A stretch of 64,000 bases of DNA. Origin: Vermamoeba vermiformis (taxonomy: Eukaryota). The first letter of the stretch is position 1, and every line of letters starts with the position of its first letter. Positions 27,294-41,645 of this stretch are shown here, in pieces. The translations under genes were made by a program, and so were the position numbers. The stretch is taken from contig JBEWZL010000282.1 in assembly GCA_045837725.1 (NCBI GenBank), positions 186,001-250,000 of the forward strand, written 5' to 3'. The notes below the pieces were generated by a model that did no database searches, was not told the origin of the DNA, and was given only the letters and a program-made list of their open reading frames with translations.

Positions 27294-30200
27294 ATGATCA
27301 AGTCAAGAAGCAATTCAGCCAATGCAAATGTCATGTTAAATGTTTCAGCGATCAAGGCATCCAATGTATCAAAAATATATGTGACAAGAGGCAAAAGAGC
27401 CGGCATATTCGAAATAGTAAGTGAATAATATAGGCAATCCGCATAATTGCGTTAAATTCGCTATTATGCAAACTTATTACTCGCATTGAAATAATTTCGG
27501 TGACATCCGCAATCTTTTTTGAAATTCTTGATTTAAATTCTTATACTAGGACGCTAATTAATTAAATATATAACATGCAAATACTTTATGACCGAGTTAT
27601 AGCGTCAAGTCTCATTGTGACCGAATCTGTGGTCTTCATTTACTACACCTCATTTTGCTAACATTATTATATTATAGTTATGCGCAGTATTTATATTCAT
27701 ATTAAGCGCATTTGTAATATTGGGACCGTTAGCCGGATTCTTGATCTTCCTCGCTATTGCCTTGCTAACCCTAACCTCTGGCATTCTGACCTTAATATTT
27801 GCATTGAAAAGGAGTCACTTATTGGCCGTTCATGCGGTAAGACGAAGCAAATATAACGCATACGAGCTCAACCGATTTTATTGCAATTTCAATAGATCCG
27901 ATTCTGACGTAATCTAATTTAATTTTGTATCCAAAGTTAGCTTTATAATATAGCTCAATGTGGTAATAACAGTACAAAATTTAATTTTAAAATAGCCTAA
28001 TTGTAAGAGCGGAATGTCAAGTTTTATTTTCGGAACAATTTCTTAGTTGTTCCAAATTGATTTCGAGCTCTAATATCACTATAATCAGATATAATATGTA
28101 CTCTATAATGTCGTTTCGATAGAATGAATCAATGGACGAAATTTAACAATTTTTTTCGTTTGTTCATGGGATCTATTCTGGATCTGTCGTGGATCGCACT
28201 TTGAATGCCTCAATAACGATTACTAATTCTATTTATATCATCATAGGAGTTCGTATGGATGATAATATCGATTGGAATCTCATTAGTCATCTTGATCCTC
28301 GTTTGTGTTGGGGTTGGTTTTTCATTTGAATGTTTGATTGATTTGGGCGGGCTTTGCAATTTAATTGCGCGCGCAGTTTTAGTCGCCGTATTCACTGCAG
28401 CATATTTTGCCTTAAAAGTAAGTAATAGATGAATATACAAAATTTGTTTGGTTCGTTCAATCGAACCACCGAAAATTCAATCAAAAATTAAATTGAACGG
28501 GAAAAAAAATCACAATGATAATGCGCAGTTATTATAATACAATAATTAATGGCTTTATTTGTAGACGCTCAGTTTTTACAATGTATTTTTAATGCGAAGA
28601 GAAGTTACTCGTAACCAAAGCATTTGTAAGTACAATAGATCACTCAATAATATGCATATATCGATATAATATCTTTGAATAGTAATATCAGACATTAAAC
28701 TTCTTGACTTGTCGGTAATTTGACGAAGATATTTTCGATTAAATTGTTCTAAAATTAGACACCTGTCAAATTGACACGTGCACGTGTCATTAATTAACGC
28801 CATTAATATACCACTATTGATATTGACTTGTGTTATTAGTGTTCGAAAAGCCATTCGATACAAGACTAGTGCCTACACATAGGTCAGTGGACGAGGAGTT
28901 TTCCGTGTCTGAGGACTTGACCAGTGAAGACGAAGGCACTGTCTCAGAGCGACAAGATGAAGAGAATGTCAAGCATAGGTAAGTAGTACAATACTGTCCC
29001 GTTGCGTGAAATATCAGCAAAGACTCATTCATTGCAACTGTTCTAGTGTGGTGGATCCTGTTCAACAAAACCGAGAAATTGCGATCAAACGATTCAATGT
29101 TAAGCCTAAACGAGGCATTGAGTTCTTAATCGAGTCGAAATTGATCGATGATGCTGGTGAACGAGGAGCTCATCAAGCAGTAGACTTTATACTCGAGGCT
29201 GGCGATAAGATCAGCAGATTTAAGCTCGGCGATTACTTGGGCGAAAGGTAGGTGCCGTTAACTTCCGTTAATAACCGCTGGTCGCGGTGCTACGTGTTGC
29301 CATGTGCTAACTTTGACTCGTTTAGTGACACCTTCCCGACACTTTTCCGCAACGATTTCGCGAACAGATTGAACTTTTATCAAGTTGAAATCGATCATGC
29401 GCTAAGGTACCGACACCTCATATTCATAATTAATATGTACATGTATTCCTGACACGTTGTTAGAATGTTTTTGACCAAGTTTGTGTTGCCGCGTGAGACC
29501 GAAAAGATCGATCGTGTGATGAGCGCCTTTGCTCACAAATTCTACTTGGACAATCCCACGCTGTTCAAGAACGAAGGTACATATCATTTATATCATATAT
29601 AGACCTCTAGTATATTGTAGTAGTTAACCATAGTAGCGCGAACATGATACCTAGCAACCTCGATTTTTTCGTGTTACTAACGATTGTAATGTTATTAGAT
29701 ACGGCCTATATTCTCAGTTTCTCGTTGATTATGTTGCACACTGATGCGCATAATCCTAACGTTAAAGAGAAGTTCACTAAGGATGGCTGGATCCACAACA
29801 ACGACAGAATTGATGACGGCAAGGACTTGCCTTATGAGTACTTGAGTCAATTGTACGATAGAATAGGTATGTTACTCATACATGATAAGTTTATATTAAA
29901 ATTCAAAGTTGGTTCACTCGGCCAAACAGATCTTAGAAAATATAATCCAACCGTCTGGATCTTAAAGAATCATGTTATACTAACGTCGCTTATTAAATAG
30001 TTGCCGAGGAGATTATGTTCTCCAACGTAGATAAGCGAGGTTGGTTGCTCAAGCACGCGCGTAATGCTGGTACGTTGAGTTTGTAACTGAAATTAATATG
30101 AAGAGATGTAGTGACGTCAAAGTGAGTCTAATGGTCTATGTTAAATAGGTGGTGGTCCTGCTAAGCCCTGGAAGAGACATTGGTTCGTGCTTTCGGACAA

Positions 30201-31760
30201 TTGTCTGTACTATTACGTCGATCCAGCGGTAAGTTTATTGGCCAGATGAACAGTAAAAAGGCAAAATTTAACTTACCTTATACTAAAGGATCGAAGCTTC
30301 CGTGGCATGATCCCACTTGAAGGTGTGCAAATAGCCAAAGCTTCTCACGTCTCTAAGCCTCACTGCATTCTACTTTACGATCCGACAACAGCGAATCTGA
30401 AATCGGCCAAATTGAAGTAAGTACTTGATCAAGCTTGATGATGAATATTGAGTCCATATATAGCGGTCAAAGTCATGAATCATATGACTCAATCCACAAC
30501 AATTTTGATTTTTCGGCTAATTTTTTCGATGAATTTTTATTGACCTTTGTTATGCAGATCCAATGGTCAATTAGAGCGAGGTGTGCACGAGTTCTTCTTA
30601 TTAGCATGTTCTAGCGACAAGGAGCGCGCAGAGTGGCTTGAAGCTTTGCAGCGAAATGTTAGTCGCGATCCGTTCTACGACATTATCAAAACCAAGCTGG
30701 CTAAGATGGATAAAAAGAAGTTTGGTAAGTTAATATGAACTGTATTAATATGTCTTTCGTAAAAGTCATTCAAATTTTTGATTTTATGCCCAGATTCGTA
30801 CTGTAAATTCAATTTCGTTTCTTTCTTGTATTTGCACCGCTTAAGCTATTTTTCCGCATTAATACGACCAATATATGCTAATGTGACTATTGTTTAGGCA
30901 CTACAAGCAAGAGTACTGCTACAACTAAGCGCTCAAGAACGGCATCTGTTTCAGAAAAGCGACCAGATGGCTATGGACGCGATAGAAAGCTGACCGATGC
31001 TACCTTCACGCCACCTAGCAACAAGAATAGCAGAAGAAACTTGATTGATGAGAGCCATGGCAAACGAATCTCAGTGGATGCTGGCAGCTACCAAGATTCG
31101 AAACTCATTAACCTTGAAGTCTCTCCTCGTAAGACTAGTAAGTATTAACATCACATTTGAATATGATTATATCTACGCTATGTTATTTAGAAGTTTTGAA
31201 GTTGAATCCGCTACGTTTTATTACTTGATCTTGTTATGCCGCGTTATCTAACGAAATTTATTGTAGACTATGAAAAAGATGAATATGAAGATAGCGAAGT
31301 CATCAAGCAAGTTAAAATTAAGACTGAACGCTCCCATAAGAAAGAGAAGAGTTCGGATGGAACCCCTAAAGCGACTGCAAAAGACAGCCAGAGGGCTCTT
31401 ATGGATAGCTTTAAGAAAGAGAGCATACTTGAACGAGTAGACGATCAAAGTGGTGTATCTCCTCGAGAAGAAAAGTCGAATCCGGTCAAGAGTTCTGGAC
31501 ACAAACGAAAAATCTCAATAACCAACTCGTTAATATCGGAAGGCATCAAACTCGAAGGAGAACTGCCCATAGAGCCCGTAGAGATCAAAGAGGTGCCTGC
31601 AATCCAACCTATAGTCGCTGATAAAGAACTTGAAGTCGACGAAGATCCTGAAAAGAAAATGCCGTTGACTGATAGCGAGCATATACGCCAAGACATTATT
31701 GAGATTAAGAAGGACCTGAAGGACTTGTCGAGTAGTGGTTCCGATTCATCTTCCGAATAA
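27294..31760 (+). CDS. Sec7-PH (cytohesin-like) ARF GEF with a multi-pass membrane N-terminus
   Basis: Sec7 motifs [45 protein letters not shown] motifs [21 protein letters not shown]; upstream hydrophobic exons splice in frame. Confidence 0.8.
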
Positions 31761-32730
31761 AAAAAATATGGATGCGATCCAACAATCAAAAAGGAAAAGT
31801 ACTTCTAACCTCATGCGATATTAATTGTAAATAAAAAATAGGTTATCATACAATATACGCGTTACTTAAGTTACATAGCTCGAATATGCTTTGTAGGAGG
31901 GTGCCTAGAATGCCAGAAGATCCCCTTTCATCGACCTACAACTCGCTGCGGAATACAGACCGGATAGACTGTTCGTAAGCAAGCGTGGTAGTGCATTGTG
32001 TAACAGGTAATTTTTTGACCACTGCTTCTATGACTCGCCGAAAAATCTCCGAGCAAGATTGACTTCGATAAATTACTTATTTTAGAAAGTCAAGTTACAT
32101 TTGGAATTCAAGCTTGTGCCACTGTCCTGCTAAGAGCATTTCTCAGTAATGGGGGTCACATCATTCTCAAGAACGAATTTTTTTTCATTCGGATATGTTG
32201 GAGCCGAACCTACCTACCGGTACAAATTCTCCGTGAAGACTTCAGATCGGACATTTATTTCCAAATTTAGGAACTATTCCCAAGCTCGTGCCACGGTCTC
32301 CAGTATCCCGTAGATTGGTTAGTTTGCCTACTTATGCTAATTCCAAAAACCCCCGAGCAGATGAGCCGCATCTGCTTTCGACGATCTCGAAAATCGAGAT
32401 TATCCGAATTGTCCGTAGCCATGATAAAATAATATCCGATTTATTGACATGAATGACGGTCTTGCAGGTAGCTTCATATGAGGTAAAATCTCACTGTAAT
32501 CACAGAGCACGTGCTGAGATCTACCAGGGCACGTAGCAGCCACGCACACGCTGAAAGAATTTTCGGTGGATCTCGATATTTTTTATCAGTACTTAACGTA
32601 GGTCCTAACTAACGAGATTTGCGGAGAATCTCTTCTTCGCAGCCACCGTTTGCATTCAAATAAAATTGAAAGGAAATTTACTTATCGATAAAGAATAGGA
32701 TACAAATTGATACTTCGGATATGAGATGCA

Positions 32731-33686
32731 TCACATACGCAGGTCTAGTAGGTAGTTATACCCTAGTGCTAGCGGTGTTATGTATCCTTCTTCTGCGTAG
32801 TAAGCCGGGTACGAGATCTGCGAACAAGAAGCAGCAGGTATGAAGTAGACCGGGCTCAACAGTTCATTAGGCCAGCCACGCGTCAACACTATACAACACA
32901 CCTATTACTATTTATGCACTTATCAACGACTATAGAGGTGTACTTACATGGAGCGGAACTTTGCCACGGGCGCATGTTCGGATATTGCTTGGGTCGGACC
33001 AAATGTCGCACGTAATCAATCAGCCGCCGCTCCAATTCTCGCCAACCATGCTGCCTGGGTGTATTGTTCATATAGAGACTGAACGTGCTCGGACTATCGC
33101 AATAATATTTACGTTAGTTTAGGCAAGAGATATCGCCGATTTTGGCAACTACGAAACTTTGGCCCGAGAAGCATTGCCCGCAATTAATTAAGTGCAAGAT
33201 TGAATGCTGCTAATTGAACGAACATTACCTTACGCCCAGCGCGTCAGACACGTCTTTCTGATGGACCCTCATATGCTCCACAAGCCATTTTATCGCTCGA
33301 ATTAATATCCTAAGCGGCGTGCGGCAATTCATCGGCTTGTCACACAGAGGGTCGTGCGCTATAATCAATTCAATATCGAATTCATCTGCTGATTGATTTC
33401 TTTTCTTTGATTTTTTCGGGCTCGCTTCAGGCGTGCTAGTCGTCACACTTTCCATCTCAAAACTATCATCCAAGCTGCTATTGACCGGTGATTCTACGGG
33501 CGAATAATCCACGGAAGAGTTCGGGGACGGTATCGGCGAACAAGTTTCAGAACTGTCGAGCAATTGTCCGGCTCGGTCCGTCCATCCATCAATACCCGCG
33601 TCATTGGCCAGCCTTCTCCGTTTGTTTCGCACGGGGATAATATAATCGCTGAATTCTAACAGCGTTTCTGGTGCTTTTCGTTTCAT
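32731..33686 (-). CDS. KRKAPETLLEF-family putative HTH protein, copy 2
   Basis: MKRKAPETLLEFSDY start; QKDVSDALGVSPSTFSLYMN; Tyr-rich third exon similar to copy 4. Confidence 0.8.
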
Positions 33687-36416
33687 GGTGTTGTTGTGCA
33701 GTGTTTTGGTTGAAATAAAATTAATCTCTGAATTCGGGCAAAATCGTCGAGTGTTTGCACAAATTGTTGTATCTTCCGTGTAATCTCAAACTATTATATC
33801 TTATTATGGCCTAATTGAGGCTACGACGGGCAATTTTGGTCCGAAAAGTAAAAATAGTTCTTCAGCTCGCCTTCTATATATGACGAATTGACTTTAAACA
33901 GGTCCTGTAGACATCATTAGCACCAATTTATCGATATTTATCGTTCGCGTACCGTCACGTTATTGAATTTAATCGTTTTTTTGATTGCCCGCGCAAACGG
34001 ATAGAAGGTTGAGAGGTCCAAGTCGTCATCCAAAATCGACCTATCCACGCTTCATAATTGAGCACCGGAGTTATATCCTATACACACTACGCTAATATGA
34101 CGCATTGCGATAGGTTAGTAGCGCTAATTCCTTTTCTTCGTCCGCCGGGATCTCGGCGAAACCCGCATCCGAGTTGCTTTCCAAAATTGCTTCTCTTCGG
34201 TCCATATCCAATAGTAATAACTATATTATGACTATATAATTATAATGCCCTAGCATTCCGGGCAATGCGGTGCGTTTTAAAGCAAAGCTAAGCGGTGAAA
34301 AAAGTTGCACAAATATGGAAATGCCTCATTTTCTTCTAAGCGCAATACTATTCAGTCCTTAACTATACAGCGGGATTACACGATTGTTGCTGCAAAAATG
34401 AGGCCATTAGTATCATATTATTCATCAGCCTAGCGAACCTACCACCGCATCCGATTTCTAAAGGTAGGCATTGTAGTATCTAATCCTCCACTTGTTTTTA
34501 ACATCCAAATAGGCGTTGGAATAATTGCAGACTATCAGCAAATGATCACGATAAAGTTGAATGTTGGTCCAGGATCAAGGCGAAACTAATCAGTGTGTCA
34601 TTAGCTGAATTACAAGAGGGATTAGAAAGGTATTATTAGTTAAATAACAATTAAATATTATTAAATAAGTCATACATATTCAAATTCGACCATTTGTAAC
34701 AGACTTGAGGGAAATTGGCGCGAGATCCTGAAACTTGCTCGGATAAGCATGATTTCTCTGGAAATTAGCGTAAGTACCATCGCATACTATAATAGACTTT
34801 CAGTTTACGCTTACTACTCGTTCTTATAGCGACATGGCGTATAATCGTTCCCAGTGCCAAGCCAGGGAACGCATCCAGGACGAAATCTGATGAGGACGGA
34901 GCTCGACCGGAAAGTTTTCGAGAATTTGAAGCAACTTTGCCGAAAGAAAGCAGGAGTTTATCTTCCTTTAAAGGGCTTAGGTACGTTCCTAAAGAAGAAA
35001 TTTTTGTTTAGCTGATGCAATGAGATCGACGGATAATTGAGAAAACGGTGGGATAATGTGAAACAAATTGCACTTTTCCCAACCAGTTTGGTCCTTCAAT
35101 CTTTTTGAGCTTTTGTTAAAAAAAAAACTGACCTTCGATCGACTTTGAAAAATTGTGATTGGATTACGGTCGTCGAAATTGCCTAGAAATAAGCAGATAG
35201 GCTGGATAAGCATCATAGATGATACTATGATGGTTAAAACAGCTTTTCCGCAACTTCACCAATTTTAAATGGTGATAAAATAGTCTCGATCGTACCTTTG
35301 CCATTGTAGAGACGTTCAAACCAAGCTGAATTGGCCTCGGACGGTGGTAGTTCGATTCTAAAACATATAAAACAACATGTCATAAAGATTTGCACCTTTG
35401 GCAGTTGTCACTAGCTTCAAACGAGTTACGCGACTAAACTAACCATTTTGGCGCTTCCCAATTTATCCCTCGCAACGGCTATATATATCCAATACTCCGG
35501 GCATAGTAGGGTCTATTAGACTAGTCGTGGTCTTGGTTGGACGCGTGAAAGTGAATAATAGTTTGAGTTTACTTTTTCGTTTTTTTAACACCGCATAAGC
35601 AGGTAATATCTGCCTGATTGAGCTCTATTCAAGATATTTATTGGCTGTATGATACCACGACAAGCGACCGTCCAGTCCGTGGCAATGTGGTCGGTCAGCA
35701 AAGCCAATAATAAGAGCTCGACGACAAAGCTAAGCTCTGAATAGCTTTAGAAAAATCTATGGATGCTACGTTATATCGAAGAAAAATGCAGTAAGAAAGT
35801 CCATGCTACGCACTTGGTAAGCAGTCAAAGGGCACGAGCAATCAGCTGGCTAATTAAATGAGAATTAAGCTTATTATCATTTCATATCCGGAGCTTCCAT
35901 TACAAATTACTTCTTGCATTATAGCAGATCGGAGCTTGCTGTCATATTTTAGTGGCTTTCAATAGATTGCCGCTATCGTAAGATCTCGTGAGCATTTTGT
36001 TTTTCCGACCCCTAATTACTGGCGGCCATTTTATCCTGAGAATGCCAATATTACACGAAAGAGTGATATATTTAAAGGCTCTGTAGCTGTGGCGTATGTC
36101 TAAGAGAAGCAATTTGTGGTCGATCTCAGTCGCGCGTTGTCACGTTGACGACCCTCACTAAGAAATTCATGGCGATGCCATAGCGTATATGTACATAATT
36201 ATTCTTAGTGATGCGGCCCAGTAGGACCTCGGAATGTTCAGGTCTGATGCAAAATGTCCGAGACATTTCTTGTGTGCCTACGGGACCAAAATTGTGAGCG
36301 TGAATGTTAACAAATATAATTTCAAGTACTTGCAAATAACTTACGCTATACTGTGCCTAGTTATTCCGTCTCTCTGACACGACCCTCGCTACTTGCGTTG
36401 ATTCAGCCATGGCGAG

Positions 36417-37044
36417 TCAGCTCAATCGCGCTCTAAGCCAAGCGTCAATCTTTACTTCTAATTCGCGCCAGCCATGATTTCTCTGCGTCTTGTTTAGATA
36501 CAGACTCAGCGTGCTTGGACTATATTGAAACATCAAAAATGTTAGGAAAAATGATTATACGTAAGTAACGAAGATATTGAATCAAAAGTTGCAAATTACC
36601 CACAAAAGCCTTAATATAGGGATTATATACGTACCTAACATCAAGTTCGTAAGCTACTTCTCGCTGAATCAATTTCTTATTTTCAATCAACCATTTGATA
36701 GCCTCCACAAAGCCATGTATCGGTTCTTTACATCCAAATGGCTTATTTGCGAGTAGGTCGTCGCTAAGGATTGTGTCGATGTAAAAATCTTGCAGCATGG
36801 AGCCGTGGCTGGTGCTTGATCTGTTAGATCCCGCTCCGTAGGACCATTCCGTATCGCCGTATTCTTCGTCGCTTCTTATCTTATTATTAGATTCACAATG
36901 GTAGAGTGCATTTTGACAAGGCGACTCTTCGTAAAAGACTGACTCTTGCGGCACGAACGGTTCTGGATGCTCTACTTTCCTTCGCTTTAGCGGCAAGATA
37001 TATTCGCTAAACTCTAATAACGTTTCGGGTGCTTTTCTCTTCAT
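36417..37044 (-). CDS. KRKAPETLLEF-family putative HTH protein, copy 3
   Basis: Two exons; QREVAYELDVSPSTLSLYLN...GWRELEVKIDAWL; stops right after the domain. Confidence 0.8.
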
Positions 37045-39041
37045 CTTGATGCTTTCTTTGTGCAAATGATAAAGATGAACCGCTTTTTTAAATCAATAAA
37101 AATTGAATCACTTTCCTTATTTAGCAAATTCACGTTCTTTGTCTGCGAAATTTAATAGAGAAGCCAGCGATAGTCGAGGTATTCAGATTACTTAATAGTG
37201 AGGCCCTCATTTTGTGACATACCGCGTCTTAAGTAACCATTCATCAACGCTCCAATTGCACCATAAAATTGAAGAAATATCATCTACAAGTACTTACCAA
37301 ACAGAAATTAACGTACATTACACCAATAGCCCATCTCTACTCGGTCTTGGACTTGGCTAGCATTGTCTTGATTAACGCTCCAATAAGTACACAATGTCCA
37401 CGTGAGTACTTCCACGACTGTATCGTCCATCGTCATATCGATTCTCATTGTATAGGTTGAGACGGTGTCCTGGTGTGTTTAACACAATCTCGTGTAAACT
37501 TGTCCAGTGGTCGCAAGTTCGGTCACCTGACTCCTCGTTTGAGGTTCAAACAAATAATAATTTTAAAATCATCTATTTCTCCTCGAATCAACCACAAAAA
37601 ACGCATTTACGCATACAGATAGTTCGAGTGTTATATTCATCATCATACAGCCGTTTGCGCAGCGATCGATCTTCTTCTTCTAAAAGACCACGTAAGTTAG
37701 TAATTATCACAACAAAAGCAGAATAATTATAATTTTCGATTCTTATGAACGATGGTTTGTCACTCAATACAAAACATCAATTCATAATATTTATATTTAA
37801 CATGATTTATTATTTTCGTTGGATGGGCTTGTATTTAAACGTTGAACGGTTAATCTTATATTTACATATTAATTTATGATTTAATTATTCAAATTTGCAA
37901 AAAATGGTTGTTGAAATACGAAATAAATCTGACCTTTTCACCAACGCGGACTTGTCGGAACGTTAACTTCTCACCCTCTTACTTGATTATATGCCTTGTG
38001 GTATATCATGATAAAGGATCATTTATGTTTGAATAGCGGTGCAGAAATTTACAAATAGGATATTCTGTACGCGCACATCCGACTAATGCAGGAAGGCCTC
38101 ATTACTCCAAACGAAGAAGCCAATTATAGAAAGCGCAAGATTAGACAACTACACTCGATAGTTGCAATATGGATCGATATCTGGGCCTACCAGCTTCGTA
38201 TTCCCGGATGCAAGTGGCATACGCAAAATAGAGCGCCGCATCGCTTGCTCGACTAGTAGAGCAGAAGATTGACGTATGAAATAACGATATTGGTACATAA
38301 AGGCAAGTATGACATGGCTAACTGCTTTTTTCATTGAATAGGAAACCGGTGGCAGCGCACGGTAAAGCCACCGCAACGACTAACTGCTAGCGTGTATTGG
38401 TTGCTAGCAGATCCCATTGGCAAGTCGGCAAGCAATTGCATTGTACAATTAATGCGAACATTAATTAACGTTAAATCTTATCACAGAACTAAATTTGTAC
38501 AAAAGGGCATCCGCAAACATTTCAATTTACAGAACGTAAAAAATGTGTTCCGGATTTACAAATTCGGATTTTTAGAACCTCCCGAAGGTAGAGTTTGAAA
38601 ATATCAAGCCCTATGGCTGTCGAAAGAAATTATAATCTCCGATTAATTCTTAAAAATAGCAGCAAAGTATACAAGCTCCGTGGATTCGCGCGAAGGAATT
38701 TCGTAAGTACGTTAATGCCTTGAGGCAAATATTTAAATATAAGCACTACATGTTACGTTTGCTTGACTTTGTAATGATGCAGGATGGTACTGTCGACAGG
38801 GTGTGTAGTTCGTCTTAATTTGGAAATTAAGTATTAAGGATGACGTTCACTGAATCTTAAACGGCATTTCCGAACATGTTCAAAAGGCCGAATAATTGCA
38901 ATTGTGACAAGCCGAGAGAACTTTTCCGCTACCAAGTAAGCTCTACTCTTTCCCAAGAACTACGGATGCACCCGCATATGGTGTCAAAATTTCAACTTAG
39001 TTTACTTTCTATTTTACATCGGTTTCTAAAGTACATTATAT

Positions 39042-39901
39042 TTACATATTCAACTCCAACTGAAAGATAGTTTGAGGATAATAATACGGTTGGTACGAGA
39101 TCTTGTCATTGAAGTACGCGCCGTAGTCGGGTTCTTGACTCCAACCATTATATCGTAGTTCAGGTTCTAAAATTAGCTATTAGAATCGAATTCAATAACT
39201 TTACTCGAATTAGGACTTACGTGAGGGCGATTCTTGCACGGGTAAACTTCGCGGAGTTAGATGCTGCTTGGCGTTGAAGACAGATCTCATCCAACCAATC
39301 AATTTGCGCTCTAGTTGCTTCCAGCCATGTTGTCTAGGCGTATTGTTCATATAGAGGCTCATCGTGCTGGGACTACAGATGAAGCGGATTATTTATTGCT
39401 CGCGTCACGAGAGGTATGTTTAGCGATTTCAAAATAGATACTTGACATGCGCTGAAAGGAATAATTATCTAATACTCACCTGACTCCAAGTGCATCTGAA
39501 ATTTCCTTCTGCAGGATCCTTTTGTTCTCTGTGATCCATTTAATGGCGTGTACAAGCGACTTCAGCGGTTTGCGGCTATTCGAGGGCTTGTCAGCGAGAG
39601 GATCATGAGCTAAGAACTCTTCAATATCGAAGTCATCTGTCGAGCTAACACTGTTACTGCGTCGTCGGTGAACAGGTGGCGAGTTCGCGACTTCTTCGAG
39701 CAGGTCGGATTCGCTGCTGTTTTGATAAGACGGCGATGACACCGGTGAGCTGTTGAAATCTGATTCATACGAGTAGTCGTATAACTGATGCGAGGCGAAG
39801 GCCAGCGGCTCTAATGGCTCAGGAGTGAACTTGAACTTCTTGTTTACGGGATGCAGGTAATCGCTGAACTCGAGTAACGTTTCGGGTGCCTTTCTCTTCA
39901 T
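39042..39901 (-). CDS. KRKAPETLLEF-family putative HTH protein, copy 4
   Basis: Three exons; QKEISDALGVSPSTMSLYMN...GWKQLERKLIGW; Tyr/Pro-rich tail ending LELNM*. Confidence 0.82.
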
Positions 39902-41645
39902 TTTTATTATGACCGTTAGTCTTGTGGTACTCTACAGAATGCTTTCAATTTGAATGCTAATGGGTGCGGAATGACCTTTTTGTGGCCCGCAGCCATTAAT
40001 CAATCTCGCGCAATCTCTACCAAAAATAGGCAACAACTTAGCGAATCTATACCAAATTAGTATTTGTGAGCTATACTTGGCGCATCAAAAGCCCGTTAAT
40101 CGGAATAATTTGTACGGGCTTGCACGCTCTTTCAACGTTAACAAAATTTCATATTGTGAACCCATTGTAAAATCAAAAGGATGCGCATAGCCATAAAAGT
40201 AAATTTAGGGAAACGTATCGTATTTGTTGCGCTCTGATCACGCACACATGCGGAAAAATGCTTACTAAGCGTGAGTGCTGTGGATCTGCCATGTTTCGTA
40301 ATAACAGCCTCCGCTTGTTAGGAGTTTACTGAGTATACCAAAACTTTGCGAAATTGCATTCTAAAAATACTTTTGGATTTATTTAAATTTAGCCGAGTCT
40401 GATGGCGTGTGCCGATGATCTTTTCGATAATAGTGTAGGATTAATTAATTTTTATTTGGATTACGAGCTCCTTCCGCACCTACGGAAGAAGGAAGAAGGT
40501 CACGCTTGGTATCACCTCAGCATTGAAAAGGCAGAGCCAACGATAGAGAAATGCCTATGGTTGTACTATAGAAAGAGCATGAGGTAATGAAAGTGCTTGC
40601 GATCTAAATTATTCACTTAACCTTAAAAATCAACGGACCTTTTTAAATCTTGCCAGGATGATTCTTTATTATTTCTATATGATCAGCCATTTAAATGTAA
40701 CTGAATCATGACAATAGAACGCTTCAAAGCAAAATTTCGTGCAAGGGCCGAGTTGGCACGAATTTTTTTATTTCAAACGATTCTCCCTTTGAAACCATCC
40801 CCACAACACTGGTTACTAACATTAATAATATAATGAGCTTTATTATAGAGCATCTGGTTAACGAACCATTGCCGAAAGGAATATTGCAAGATGAGGGCAC
40901 CAACACGTCATTTCTCCGGAGAAATTCATTTTCATATACTGCTTGCCACCAAAATAAGCAACCGAATATTGTTAGAATCTTTAAATGGTACGTCGCTAAC
41001 AAGATTTCAAAAATGAGGATAATTTCAAATCCGGGTGGAAATAAAAATAATTGGACTTCCTGATACAATTAATAACAGCTACAATTATCATCGCACCTAG
41101 AGGAAAAATTAGATTTTTGCGGTGTGGCACATCTTGTTTTACTGATGTTGCAGTATTTCAATCTTTGTTGCCACGCGACTTTATGTCATTGATTGTATGC
41201 AAAACTCCCGAAGTTCGGCTTCCTGCAGCTGATTATTCAGTTCATGATCACCTTGGAGCGAGGCATCTGCGTCACTGAATTGACGCATTTTAAAATCAGT
41301 TAATTCCGCTGGTAATCAATCAATACCGATTCTATTGCTCTATTATATTATGTCGTAAACGCGTAAAACGTGCACACTAAACGAGTTTGATCTTTTTGTG
41401 GCCTTGTGAGATCTCGTTAGCCGTTTGCCGCGGGTGAGGCAGATCGAGTTGCACGATTTGGCCTCGTTATGTCATGACAGCAAGAGAGAAGATAAGCGAG
41501 AAAAAGATTGCATGTGCAATCAAATGTCTATCTCCTTCTACAAATCAAAGATTCTCTCAATAACTTACATTTATTTTACATCCGGTTTGATTTGACGTCT
41601 CAAAGCATTCTAAAGCATATTTACATCGGTATTTTACGTCTTATA

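Noticed and set aside
34845-34950. CTGATGA flanked by GAAA words, suggesting a hammerhead ribozyme
   Set aside because: I could not form stem II closing onto a C-GAAA, nor stems I/III with a UH cleavage site
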